A stretch of 47,761 nt of DNA from Acidobacteriota bacterium (GTDB taxonomy: Bacteria; Acidobacteriota; Thermoanaerobaculia; Multivoradales; UBA5704). Both the position numbers and the translations under genes were made by a program. This document shows, piece after piece, positions 1 through 7,587 of the stretch; the stretch's first letter is position 1; each line of letters begins with the position of its first letter. The notes beneath the pieces are model-generated. The model was not told where the DNA came from and did no database searches. It was given only the letters and a program-made list of their open reading frames with translations. The stretch lies in contig JBDTZG010000043.1 in assembly GCA_040005235.1 (NCBI GenBank), positions 1-47,761 of the forward strand, given 5' to 3'.

Positions 1-961
1 CGTTCACCTCCACGGCGGCGTTGCGGGCGTCGATCTGCGCCTGGGCCTCCGCCAGCGTGGCCCCGGGCGCAAGCCGGGCGATCATGTGCGCGGTCCCGGA
101 ATGCCGCTTCTGGGGAGCACGCTCCTCAGGGCTCGACGCGAGCGGGAGGTAGATCTGGGTCTGGGACGAGAGGAAACTGAAGGTGGGCGGCAGGATCCCG
201 ACCACGGTCCTGGAGATGGCGTTAACGCGGATGCTGCGGCCAATCACGCCAGGATCGGCGACCAGGTGCTGCCGCCAGTAGCCGTCCGTGAGGAGGGCCG
301 CGTCGTTTTTCCCGATCAGCGTCTCCGCCTCCGTGAAGACGCGGCCCCTCACCGGGCCGAGCCCCAGGGTGGAGAAGAAGTCCGGAGAGACTCGCGTGAC
401 CGGCACCTGCTCCGTCGTACCCGCCTCCCCCACGACCGCCGTGGCGTCGCGGTAGACCGCCAGCCCCGAGAAGGCCGGGATTTCCCCCCGGCGCTCGTAA
501 TAGTTCGCCAGCGAGCAGCCGTCGTTGGGCACGCCGGCTTTGGGATAGGTGTTGTAGACGCTCACCAGCCGGCCGGCGGCGGGGAAGGGCAGCGGCCGGA
601 GCAGCACTGCGTCCACCACCGCGAAGAGGGTCAGGTTGGCGCCCAGGCAGAGCGCCAGGGTGGCCAGCGCGGTGGCCGTGAAGCCCGGTGTCTTGCGCAG
701 CAGACGGGCGGCGTAGCGCAGGTCTTGGCGGAGCTCGTCGAACAGGCGCAGGCCGCTCGCCTCGCGGCAGTCCTCCTTGACGTTGTCGAGGCTGCCGAAT
801 TCCTGGCGGGCGCGGCGCGCCGCCTCCGTCGGCGGCACACCGGAGAGCACGAGGTCCTCCGTATAGCGCTCGACGTGGAAACGCATCTCTTCATCCATGG
901 CGTCCTCGAAGCGGCCGCGGCGGCGGAGCGTCTGAAAGGTGGCGAGTAGGCCTCTGGCCAT
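1..961 (-). CDS. ADOP-family (Acidobacterial duplicated orphan permease, MacB-like) ABC transporter permease; runs off the window end
   Basis: Not in the ORF track because it has no stop in the window. Manual translation from ATG at 961: MARGLLATFQTLRRRGRFEDAMDEEMRFHVE...ARQEFG...QDLRYAARLLRKTPGFTATALATLALCLGANLTLFAVVDAVLLRPLPFP, the characteristic ADOP N-terminus. Starts immediately after the padR stop. Confidence 0.92.
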   Translation of the reverse strand, partial: MARGLLATFQTLRRRGRFEDAMDEEMRFHVERYTEDLVLSGVPPTEAARRARQEFGSLDNVKEDCREASGLRLFDELRQDLRYAARLLRKTPGFTATALATLALCLGANLTLFAVVDAVLLRPLPFPAAGRLVSVYNTYPKAGVPNDGCSLANYYERRGEIPAFSGLAVYRDATAVVGEAGTTEQVPVTRVSPDFFSTLGLGPVRGRVFTEAETLIGKNDAALLTDGYWRQHLVADPGVIGRSIRVNAISRTVVGILPPTFSFLSSQTQIYLPLASSPEERAPQKRHSGTAHMIARLAPGATLAEAQAQIDARNAAVEVN

Positions 962-962
962 C

Positions 963-1304
963 TCACGCCTCCTCGGGCTCGGCGCTCAGGGCCGCGGCGA
1001 TCGCCGACGCCAGCCGATTCCAGCCCGCCGTCTCCTCCTCCAGGCGGCTTCGCCCGGCCTCGGACAGGGTGTAGTACTTCGCCTTGCGGTTGTTCTCGCT
1101 CTGCCCCCATTCGGCCACGATCAGCCCCTCGTGCTCCAGCCGGTACAGCGCCGGATACAGAGACCCCTGCGGGATGTCCAGCGCGTCGCCCGAGATCTGG
1201 CGGATGCGCAGCAGCACTCCGTATCCGTGCAGCGGCTTCAGCGATACCGCCTTGAGGGTCAGCATGTCGAGGGTGCCGGGAAGCAGGTTCGCGGTCTGGG
1301 TCAT
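963..1304 (-). CDS. PadR-family transcriptional regulator (Acidobacterial type, paired with ADOP permease)
   Basis: LLPGTLDMLTLKAV...LHGYG...GSLYPALYRLE...AEWGQSENNRKAKYYTL is the typical PadR winged-helix signature; directly upstream of the ADOP gene. Confidence 0.95.
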   Translation of the reverse strand: MTQTANLLPGTLDMLTLKAVSLKPLHGYGVLLRIRQISGDALDIPQGSLYPALYRLEHEGLIVAEWGQSENNRKAKYYTLSEAGRSRLEEETAGWNRLASAIAAALSAEPEEA

Positions 1305-1309
1305 GGCGT

Positions 1310-1365
1310 CTCCCTTAGCCTAACTAGGAGTGTGCTGCGGTCTCTCCTAGTTTGTCAAGGAGAGA
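1310..1365 (-). promoter_or_regulatory. padR promoter with palindromic operator(s)
   Basis: Palindrome TCTCTCCT-N9-AGGAGAGA (1341-1365) overlaps a minus-strand TTGACA (1353-1358). AACTAGGAG (1322-1330) is the reverse complement of CTCCTAGTT (1344-1352). A weak -10 (CACACT) lies at 1329-1334. Confidence 0.55.
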
Positions 1366-1484
1366 GGCGTGTCACGAGCTTCCCGACAAGCCGCGGTCGA
1401 GGACGGGCGTGTTGACCTCCAGCCTAAATGGACATCGAAGAGTGCTGGTTGCCGCTCGACTCCCTCTTCCGTGCCGACCAACCG

Positions 1485-1733
1485 TTATGCAGGCCGTGAA
1501 GCGGAGCTGCTCCCTCGCAGGCGACGGGCGCGCTCCACGTCTTCGACCGGCGAGCCAGGCCCCACCCGAATTGTTCCTTGGCGGGCGAGAAAAGACGATC
1601 CGGCGACCGAGACCCGCGCGCCTCCGGAGATGATTTCCCAGCTGAGGACATCGCCCGAAGCGACACCCGATCGCTCGCGAATCTCCCGCGGTACTGTGGC
1701 TTGGTTCTTGGAGGTAATCGCCGATTGCGGCAT
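1485..1733 (-). CDS. AbrB/MazE/SpoVT-family DNA-binding protein (antitoxin-like), no cognate toxin seen
   Basis: 82 aa, MPQSAITSKNQATVPREIRERSGVASGDVLSWE, matching the AbrB swapped-hairpin pattern (ITSKGQxTIPxxIRxxLGLxxGDxL). Confidence 0.8.
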   Translation of the reverse strand: MPQSAITSKNQATVPREIRERSGVASGDVLSWEIISGGARVSVAGSSFLARQGTIRVGPGSPVEDVERARRLRGSSSASRPA

Positions 1734-2136
1734 ATCTGCTCTTTTACGGAATCGTCGATTTCGTAAGGCTAACGAGTGTGGGACGAGATGTCAAAGCCAG
1801 GTCGAAAGGGCCGAGAGATATTCTTCGAAAGCCCTTGGGGCTGTTGTTTTGAGCCGTAACCGCGGATCTGTTCGAACCGACAGGTGTCAAGCGACACCCA
1901 CTATTACGAGCTAAGGCGACAGCTACCTTTGCGAGGTGCTGGTGGGAAGAGAAGGCGGCGGAGGGGCCCGCGGGGAGTTCGGAAGGTAGGCCCGGGGAGC
2001 GCCGGCCAGGGGCGAAGGCCGGGGGGCGGGATGCTTTCAAGGGCCGCGCCGAGAGCCTGGCCGGCGAGGACACCGCTATAGAGGGCGGTGAGGAGGCCTT
2101 GGGAAGAGAGGGGGTCGCGCTAATTGTTGCCCAGGC

Positions 2137-2164
2137 ATAGCCCATAAAAGACGTTATGGGCCTC
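2137..2164. other. dif-like palindromic site (possible tyrosine-recombinase site or operator)
   Basis: ATAGCCCATAA-AAGACG-TTATGGGCCTC: perfect 8-bp inverted arms (GCCCATAA / TTATGGGC) around a 6-bp spacer, with the CATAA-N6-TTATG core of Xer dif sites. The outer XerD-arm bases do not match the canonical TTAAAT. Confidence 0.4.
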
Positions 2165-2446
2165 CGGCGAACGGAAGCTCGGGGTGACGAGAGGCAGGGA
2201 CGGCGCAGCGCTTCCAGAGGTTGAGAACTCCTCGCCCGGTTCTCCCCCTCAGTTCCCCCGAGCGGTCCGCCGCACTTCGTGGTGCTCCTCGCCGCCGTCG
2301 AGATCGTCCTCCGGCTCGGCGAGGGGAGAATTTCGTGGTGGAGGGGTACGCCGACCGTTCTCCTCGCGGCCGGGTCGGCGGAGCGAGGCGGGCGGCCGCG
2401 GGCGACCTATCGCGCCAAATCGCGGGCAGGTTCTGGGGAGGACTAC

Positions 2447-4324
2447 CTACTCCCCTTCCCCCGTCTCAAACATCCCCAACAGGCTCTGCGCATCGCGGCC
2501 TGCGAACCTTTTCCGCAGAGCTTCCACCCGATCCGCTTCCGGGTCGTGCCCGGCACGCACCGATAAATCCTCGTGTTCCTCGGCGACCACCAAGGCGAGG
2601 GCGCCCGCGACTCCGGCGAGGTTGGGCTGGTTGATGAGCACTTCGATCGCTTCACGGCTCGCCTGCCAGGCTTCGTCGAGCGCGCCGACCTCCTCGAGAG
2701 CTTTTCGGTAGACCCGTAGGGCCTGAGCGAGCCGGATTCCGTAGGCTTCGGTGTGTTCGGTCGCCAGAGTTCGGAAGACCTCCACCCCTCGTTGTGCGTA
2801 CTCTCGGGCTTCCGTCGGGCGATCTGCATCAAGACTCGATGCGGCGAGATTGGCCCAGGCTCCCGCCAGGTCGGCAGAATAGGCAGCCGGCTCGCGGGCG
2901 GCGAGCGTTTTCCAGAGATTCGCGGCTTCTTCGAGCGGCGGTATCGCCTCGGATCTACGGTCGACGATTCGCAGGGTGGTGCCCAGGTTATTGAGGGCTG
3001 TGGCGAGCTCGCTGACGTAGGTTTCCGGTTGCCGGGCGTGGAGAACGCGATAGATCCGGATGGCGTGGCGTCCGGAGCGGACGGCTTCCGCGAACCGTCC
3101 GCCGCGCACCGTGGCGAGGCTACGATGGACGAGCAGGTCCGCCCGGCACTCCTCCACACCTGCCAGGCGGCTATGGCGCAAGGAATGGGTGAGGGCGAGC
3201 CCCTCTTCGGTCACCGCGAGCGATTCCTTGGGGCGCGCGATCCCCAGCAGGTATCCGGACAGCTCGCGCAGGCTCTCGGCCAGGGCGAGCTGTCCCGCGT
3301 CTCCCCCGTCGGCCGCGAGTCGGCGGTAGATCTCGGCCGCCCGCTGCGCCGTCTCCTCCGCCTTTTCGTGAGACCCGAGGTCAGACTCGGCGGCAGCAAG
3401 GTTCTGGAGCCCCTGCGCGAGGCGGCTCGTGTAGGCCACCTCCAGCGCTTCGGCCAGCCTTTCGAACTGCTCGACGCTCTGGATGAAGTAACGCCGGGCC
3501 GCCGGGTAGTCGCCGATCCATCGATGGCGGATGCCAAGGGAAAGCTCGGCAAGCGCCAGGTCCGCCCGAAACCTTTCAGGATCTCGCCGGACGAGCCGCC
3601 GAAAGAGGGCGACCGAGCGGCGGACGTCCCGGAGCGCCCCGCGCTCGTCACCCAGCTCCGAACGGAGGGGGCCGAGGTTCAAAAAGGCGGCGGCGAGATC
3701 CGGAAGGTAGATCGAATCCTCGCGGGCGAGGTCGCGCATTCGCAGGATCGACTCGTCCGCGGCGTCGAGCGCCTCCTCTCGCCGGTCGAGATCGCGGAGC
3801 ACCATGGCGAGTTCGCCCGCGACGCTCGCCCGTTCGACTTTGTACTGCTCCGGATCGACCCCGCCGAGAAACTCGCGCGCGGCTTCGAGATGTTCCAGGG
3901 CCTGCTCGGGATCCCCGGCAAGAAGCCGGTAGCCGCCGAGTCGGATATGCATTCGGGCGATCTCGGCCAGCTCTTCGGCGTCGGCTGGATCCAGATCTTC
4001 GAGGAAGATTTCGAGCCGGCGGCGAGAGACCGCTTCGGCGATCGGGCGCAGCGGCAGTAGTCGCCGTCGGAGGTCCGTCTCGAACCGTTCGGCGAGCTGA
4101 TCGAGGATCTTGGCCGAGGCCTTGGTGGCGATCAGCGATTCGAGGATCGCCGGCAGCGGCGGCCCGAGAGCGAAACCCACTTCGAGAGCCGAAACGGCCA
4201 GCTCGTCGAGGTGCGTGGCCAGCAGGCGTTCGAGGAAGGCGTGTCTTTGCTCGTCGTCTCCCGCGGAGCGGGCGAACAACGTAAGGGCATGGAGGCGCTC
4301 GGTGGCGCCGATCGGCGACGTCAT
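2447..4324 (-). CDS. Tetratricopeptide-repeat protein (putative sensor half of an NLR-like system)
   Basis: 625 aa helical repeats such as PDLAAAFLNLG, SRLAQGLQNLA and SELATALNNLGTTL...EAIPPLEEAANLWKTLA; the ATG overlaps the upstream stop (ATGA). Confidence 0.88.
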   Translation of the reverse strand: MTSPIGATERLHALTLFARSAGDDEQRHAFLERLLATHLDELAVSALEVGFALGPPLPAILESLIATKASAKILDQLAERFETDLRRRLLPLRPIAEAVSRRRLEIFLEDLDPADAEELAEIARMHIRLGGYRLLAGDPEQALEHLEAAREFLGGVDPEQYKVERASVAGELAMVLRDLDRREEALDAADESILRMRDLAREDSIYLPDLAAAFLNLGPLRSELGDERGALRDVRRSVALFRRLVRRDPERFRADLALAELSLGIRHRWIGDYPAARRYFIQSVEQFERLAEALEVAYTSRLAQGLQNLAAAESDLGSHEKAEETAQRAAEIYRRLAADGGDAGQLALAESLRELSGYLLGIARPKESLAVTEEGLALTHSLRHSRLAGVEECRADLLVHRSLATVRGGRFAEAVRSGRHAIRIYRVLHARQPETYVSELATALNNLGTTLRIVDRRSEAIPPLEEAANLWKTLAAREPAAYSADLAGAWANLAASSLDADRPTEAREYAQRGVEVFRTLATEHTEAYGIRLAQALRVYRKALEEVGALDEAWQASREAIEVLINQPNLAGVAGALALVVAEEHEDLSVRAGHDPEADRVEALRKRFAGRDAQSLLGMFETGEGE

Positions 4325-6516
4325 GAGGCAAAAGGCGAGCCGCCGGTCGACGCGAACAGCAGCCGTTCGAGGTCGGATCCCGGACCCGCCTGGAGCGCCT
4401 CGCGCCAGGCGAGGTGCTCCCCCAGAGGATCGGGTTGGAGCGGCTCGATCCAGCGCTCTCCCGGATAGGTCTCGTGCAGCAGGCGGGCGACCGAGGAGAG
4501 GACCGCGGCCCGCTCGGTCGCAAACACGTCGAGCCGCCGGAGGATCTCGATCGCCTGCCGTTCGTTCGCGGCGCCTCCCGCGAGCGTAATCACCGCCATG
4601 GCGCGGCCGAGGCCTTCGGCGATCGCGGGATCGAGCCGCTGGACTTTGGCGCGGCGTTGCCAGTCGCGACGTTCGCGATCGAGGAGGTGGTCGTAGAGGC
4701 CCGTTTCGCCGCGGATCTCCACCCCTTCGAATCCCGCGAGCGCCGCCATGTGGAGCAGCAGGACCCGCTCATAGATTCGCGGCTCGAAATCGATCGAGTT
4801 TCCTTCCCGGACCGGTTGGCCCAGACGCTCGGCGAACGCCGTCGTGGCGTGATCGAACGAGCGGCGGCGATCCGCGGCGTTGAGCGCCACCGGACGGAGG
4901 CGTCGATGCTCGGTCGCCGGGCCGCCGAGAAGGCTGCCGACCGGGCCGGACTCGGCGCGCAGCCGATCCCACCATTCCCAGGCATTGCGCGCGAGCAGCA
5001 CCAGCCGGAAGGCTTTGGGTTTCTTCTCGCGGGCTCGATCGAGCAGGGCGACCACTGCGTCGCGGTGGCTCTCGGCGTAGTCGACGACGACGAGGGTCGG
5101 CTCTCGATCGAGGCGGAGGCTCCCTGTCCAGAGGGCCGAGCCGGTCCCGGCGTCCCGCGGTGCAAAGCCGGCGGTCCAACCCTCACGCCAGAGGTCGCGG
5201 CAGAGCTCGATCGCAAGGCGAGTCTTTCCCATCCCGCCAGCTCCGGTGTAGAGGCGCACGGCGATCTCGTCGCCGCTCCGACACCAGGCGCCGAGATCGG
5301 CAAGCTCCGCCTCGCGGCCGTGGAGCGGCACGATCGCGTGCTCGGCGAGGAGGAGGGCGGCGGGCGACTCGATCCCGCTGCGCCAGATGCGCTCGGGAAT
5401 CGAAAGATTTCGCGCACGGCGAGGGCGCTCCCCTGCATCCGCCGGGGGTCCGTCCGGATGCATGCACACCGCCTCAGGATGGGCGTAGAGCGCGTAGGAG
5501 AGGCGGGTTCCCCGATCGGTCGGAGCCAGGGCGACGCGCGCCTGGCGGACCGCCTCGGCAATCGGTATGCCGCGCCGGAATCGCTCGTAGAAGAGTTCGG
5601 CGAACCGGCTGGAGGAGCGATCCCGGACCGACCACTGCGGGCCGAGGAAAGCCCCCGCACCGAGTGCAAGGAAGCGCTCGGACCAACCGCCGAAACCGGT
5701 AAGTGTGAATCCGCGGCGGCCCGAGGTGCAGCTGTTGAGAAAGACGAACGGCGCTCCCCCGCCGGTGTCGAGCGACCGGAGGTCGTCGGGGCGCAGTCGG
5801 GCGCCGCCGCCCAGCTCAAGCGGCCAGCGGTCGGCGTTTTTCGCCCGGGCCGAGCTGTGCCCGATGAAATGCCAGGCGTCGTGCCCTCCACGGGCGATCT
5901 CGTCGACGACTTCGAGGGGCTCGGAGGAAATCTCGCGCACGCGGCGGTCGCGGTTTGCTAGACCCAGGACGACGGCGCGCTCCGAGAGGGCGTTCGGCAG
6001 CTGGGAGCCGGAGGCGACGACAAGGGCGATGTCTTGAAACGGAAGCTCGAGGATCTCGCGGCGACCGGGGAGCCAGCGCGCCAAGGCGAAAGCCTCGGCG
6101 AGAAAACAGCCGGCATCGGGCTCCGGACCACCCCCTTCGAGCCACGCGATCTCCCAAGGAATCCGGGGCTCGTCGGAGACGATTACCAGCGATCGGGGTT
6201 CGGTGGACCAGGCCGCGAGACACCGGCGCAGCGGCTCGGGCAAGAGCTGTTCCGCGAGCCGGGCACCCAGAGCGACTCGTCGTCGCTCCGCGAGGGTTCG
6301 CTCCTGGGGAGAGTCGTCGTAAGCCTCCTCCAGGTCGCTCCAAAGCTCCGACAGGTAGTCGGCAAGCGGGAGCTTGAGATCGACCGGACCAAAAGTCTGT
6401 ACTCGCGGCTCCTCGGGACGGGGCTCGCGCAGTCGCAGCTCGTAAGAAAGGGAGCTGGCTGTCGCGAACACGCGCAGCTCAAGCGCTGGAACGACGGACC
6501 GGTCGGGCTCGGCCAT
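4321..6516 (-). CDS. CHAT (caspase-like protease) domain fused to a P-loop NTPase
   Basis: CHAT motifs IPWE, WHFIGHS (catalytic His) and FLNSCTS (catalytic Cys), plus GAFLGPQWSVRD. NTPase: GREAEL, Walker A GAGGMGKT, Walker B LVVVDYAE, C-terminal LQPDPLGE. Start placed at ATG 6516 (MAEPDRS); the ORF track extends to 6633. Confidence 0.88.
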   Translation of the reverse strand: MAEPDRSVVPALELRVFATASSLSYELRLREPRPEEPRVQTFGPVDLKLPLADYLSELWSDLEEAYDDSPQERTLAERRRVALGARLAEQLLPEPLRRCLAAWSTEPRSLVIVSDEPRIPWEIAWLEGGGPEPDAGCFLAEAFALARWLPGRREILELPFQDIALVVASGSQLPNALSERAVVLGLANRDRRVREISSEPLEVVDEIARGGHDAWHFIGHSSARAKNADRWPLELGGGARLRPDDLRSLDTGGGAPFVFLNSCTSGRRGFTLTGFGGWSERFLALGAGAFLGPQWSVRDRSSSRFAELFYERFRRGIPIAEAVRQARVALAPTDRGTRLSYALYAHPEAVCMHPDGPPADAGERPRRARNLSIPERIWRSGIESPAALLLAEHAIVPLHGREAELADLGAWCRSGDEIAVRLYTGAGGMGKTRLAIELCRDLWREGWTAGFAPRDAGTGSALWTGSLRLDREPTLVVVDYAESHRDAVVALLDRAREKKPKAFRLVLLARNAWEWWDRLRAESGPVGSLLGGPATEHRRLRPVALNAADRRRSFDHATTAFAERLGQPVREGNSIDFEPRIYERVLLLHMAALAGFEGVEIRGETGLYDHLLDRERRDWQRRAKVQRLDPAIAEGLGRAMAVITLAGGAANERQAIEILRRLDVFATERAAVLSSVARLLHETYPGERWIEPLQPDPLGEHLAWREALQAGPGSDLERLLFASTGGSPFAS

Positions 6517-6713
6517 ACGAGGAGCGGTCTCCCTTGGAGTTTTCGGTGCCTTCGAAGCATATGGGAAATCGTCGGTCGGGGTGGAAGGTGGAGCCCGGCG
6601 CAGGGGCGATCTCGGCCTCAAGTAGGCGTGCAACCCTCCCGCCTGGCCCTCCGTGCGCTCGATTTTCGCATCTGTCTTTGTTGGTGATCCCGACAGGCTG
6701 TGCGAGGGGCGCC

Positions 6714-7255
6714 ACCCTCAGCTTCGAGCAGCTCACGCGGCCCCACGCCTCCATCCCGCGCAACCCGCTGCTGGCGGAACCAATGTTCCTCGCCCGATAC
6801 ATCGAGAAGGCGGAGAGCGGAATTCTCGACATGATCGCAATGTGCCACGAGGCCGGGCTTCCGGCACCGGGGTTCCGGCAGGAGGGCGGCGAGTTTGTCC
6901 AGACGCTCTGGCGGCCCGAGCTGGCGGAAGCCTCGAACGAGGAGACCGGACAAGATACCGAGCAGGATACCGAGCAGGATACCGAGCAAGTCAAACACAC
7001 GGAAGGAGAACTCTCGGCGAATCTACAGCGCCTCCTGCACGTGATGACGGGCGAAATGGCGAGCCGCGACATCCAAAGGAAACTCGGCCTCAAGCAGAGA
7101 GAGCATTTCCGAGCTTCCTACCTGGCATCCGCGCTCGCGGCCGGTCTGATCGAAAGGATCGCCCCGGACAACCGACGACTCGATACCAGCGTTACCGGCT
7201 CACCGAAAAGGGTCGAGGGTGGCGGGCGACCCGCGAACGGCGCAATGAGCCGTGA
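6714..7255 (+). pseudogene. 5'-truncated, frameshifted remnant of an HATPase_c_4 (RecG C-terminal-like) plus winged-HTH gene
   Basis: SIPRNPLLAEPMFLARYIEKAESGILDMI...FVQTLWRP then LGLKQREHFRASYL..AL.AGLIE..PD. The conserved tail PTTRYQRYRLTEKG is in another frame; one base is missing at ~7170 (GAC-AA-CCG). No N-terminal domain present. Confidence 0.75.
6951..6989 (+). repeat. 12-bp tandem repeat x3 encoding QDTE
   Basis: CAAGATACCGAG CAGGATACCGAG CAGGATACCGAG CAA, in the linker of the pseudogene. Confidence 0.9.
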
Positions 7256-7311
7256 ACGGGAAAGCACCCAGCAACCGAGAGGTACAACTATGGCCCTGCC
7301 TCGCTCAGCCG

Positions 7312-7330
7312 AGGACGAGCGCCTCGTCCT
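7312..7330 (-). terminator. Hairpin just downstream of tRNA-Glu
   Basis: AGGACGAG-CGC-CTCGTCCT 8-bp stem; no clear U-tract. Confidence 0.35.
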
Positions 7331-7354
7331 TCAGCGCGTGGGCCAGAAACGGTT

Positions 7355-7429
7355 TGGTATCCCCAACGGGACTCGAACCCGTGTTACCGCCTTGAAAGGG
7401 CGATGTCCTAACCTCTAGACGATGGGGAC
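7355..7429 (-). tRNA. tRNA-Glu (anticodon TTC)
   Basis: Reverse complement GTCCCCATCGTCTAGAGGTTAGGACATCGCCCTTTCAAGGCGGTAACACGGGTTCGAGTCCCGTTGGGGATACCA: acceptor stem, D-loop, anticodon loop CT-TTC-AA, GGTTCGAG T-loop, encoded CCA. Confidence 0.97.
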
Positions 7430-7470
7430 TTAAATCCGGCCGGCGGAACGGCGCCGCCAGCGGCAGGCGA

Positions 7471-7479
7471 ATATTACCA
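7471..7479 (-). promoter_or_regulatory. Extended -10 promoter element for tRNA-Glu
   Basis: Minus strand TGG-TAATAT about 40 nt upstream of the tRNA 5' end, followed by a GC-rich discriminator. Confidence 0.5.
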
Positions 7480-7587
7480 CAGCCGCGGCGGGGCGTCCCT
7501 TTTGAGGATGCGCGAGCACTCCAAAGAGTATGGGAGCCCCCGGCCTCGGTTACCGATCCGGTTGGGCCCCCGGAAAGGGATGTCTCT

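Noticed and set aside
86-949. 287-aa plus-strand ORF
   Set aside because: Antisense to the ADOP permease.
2472-2480. ATCCCCAAC match to the tRNA 3' region as a possible att site
   Set aside because: Only 9 bp and inside the TPR gene; chance level.
6534-7418. 294-aa ORF as an intact gene
   Set aside because: Runs antisense into the tRNA after a frameshift; only the middle part is homologous, so it is treated as a pseudogene.
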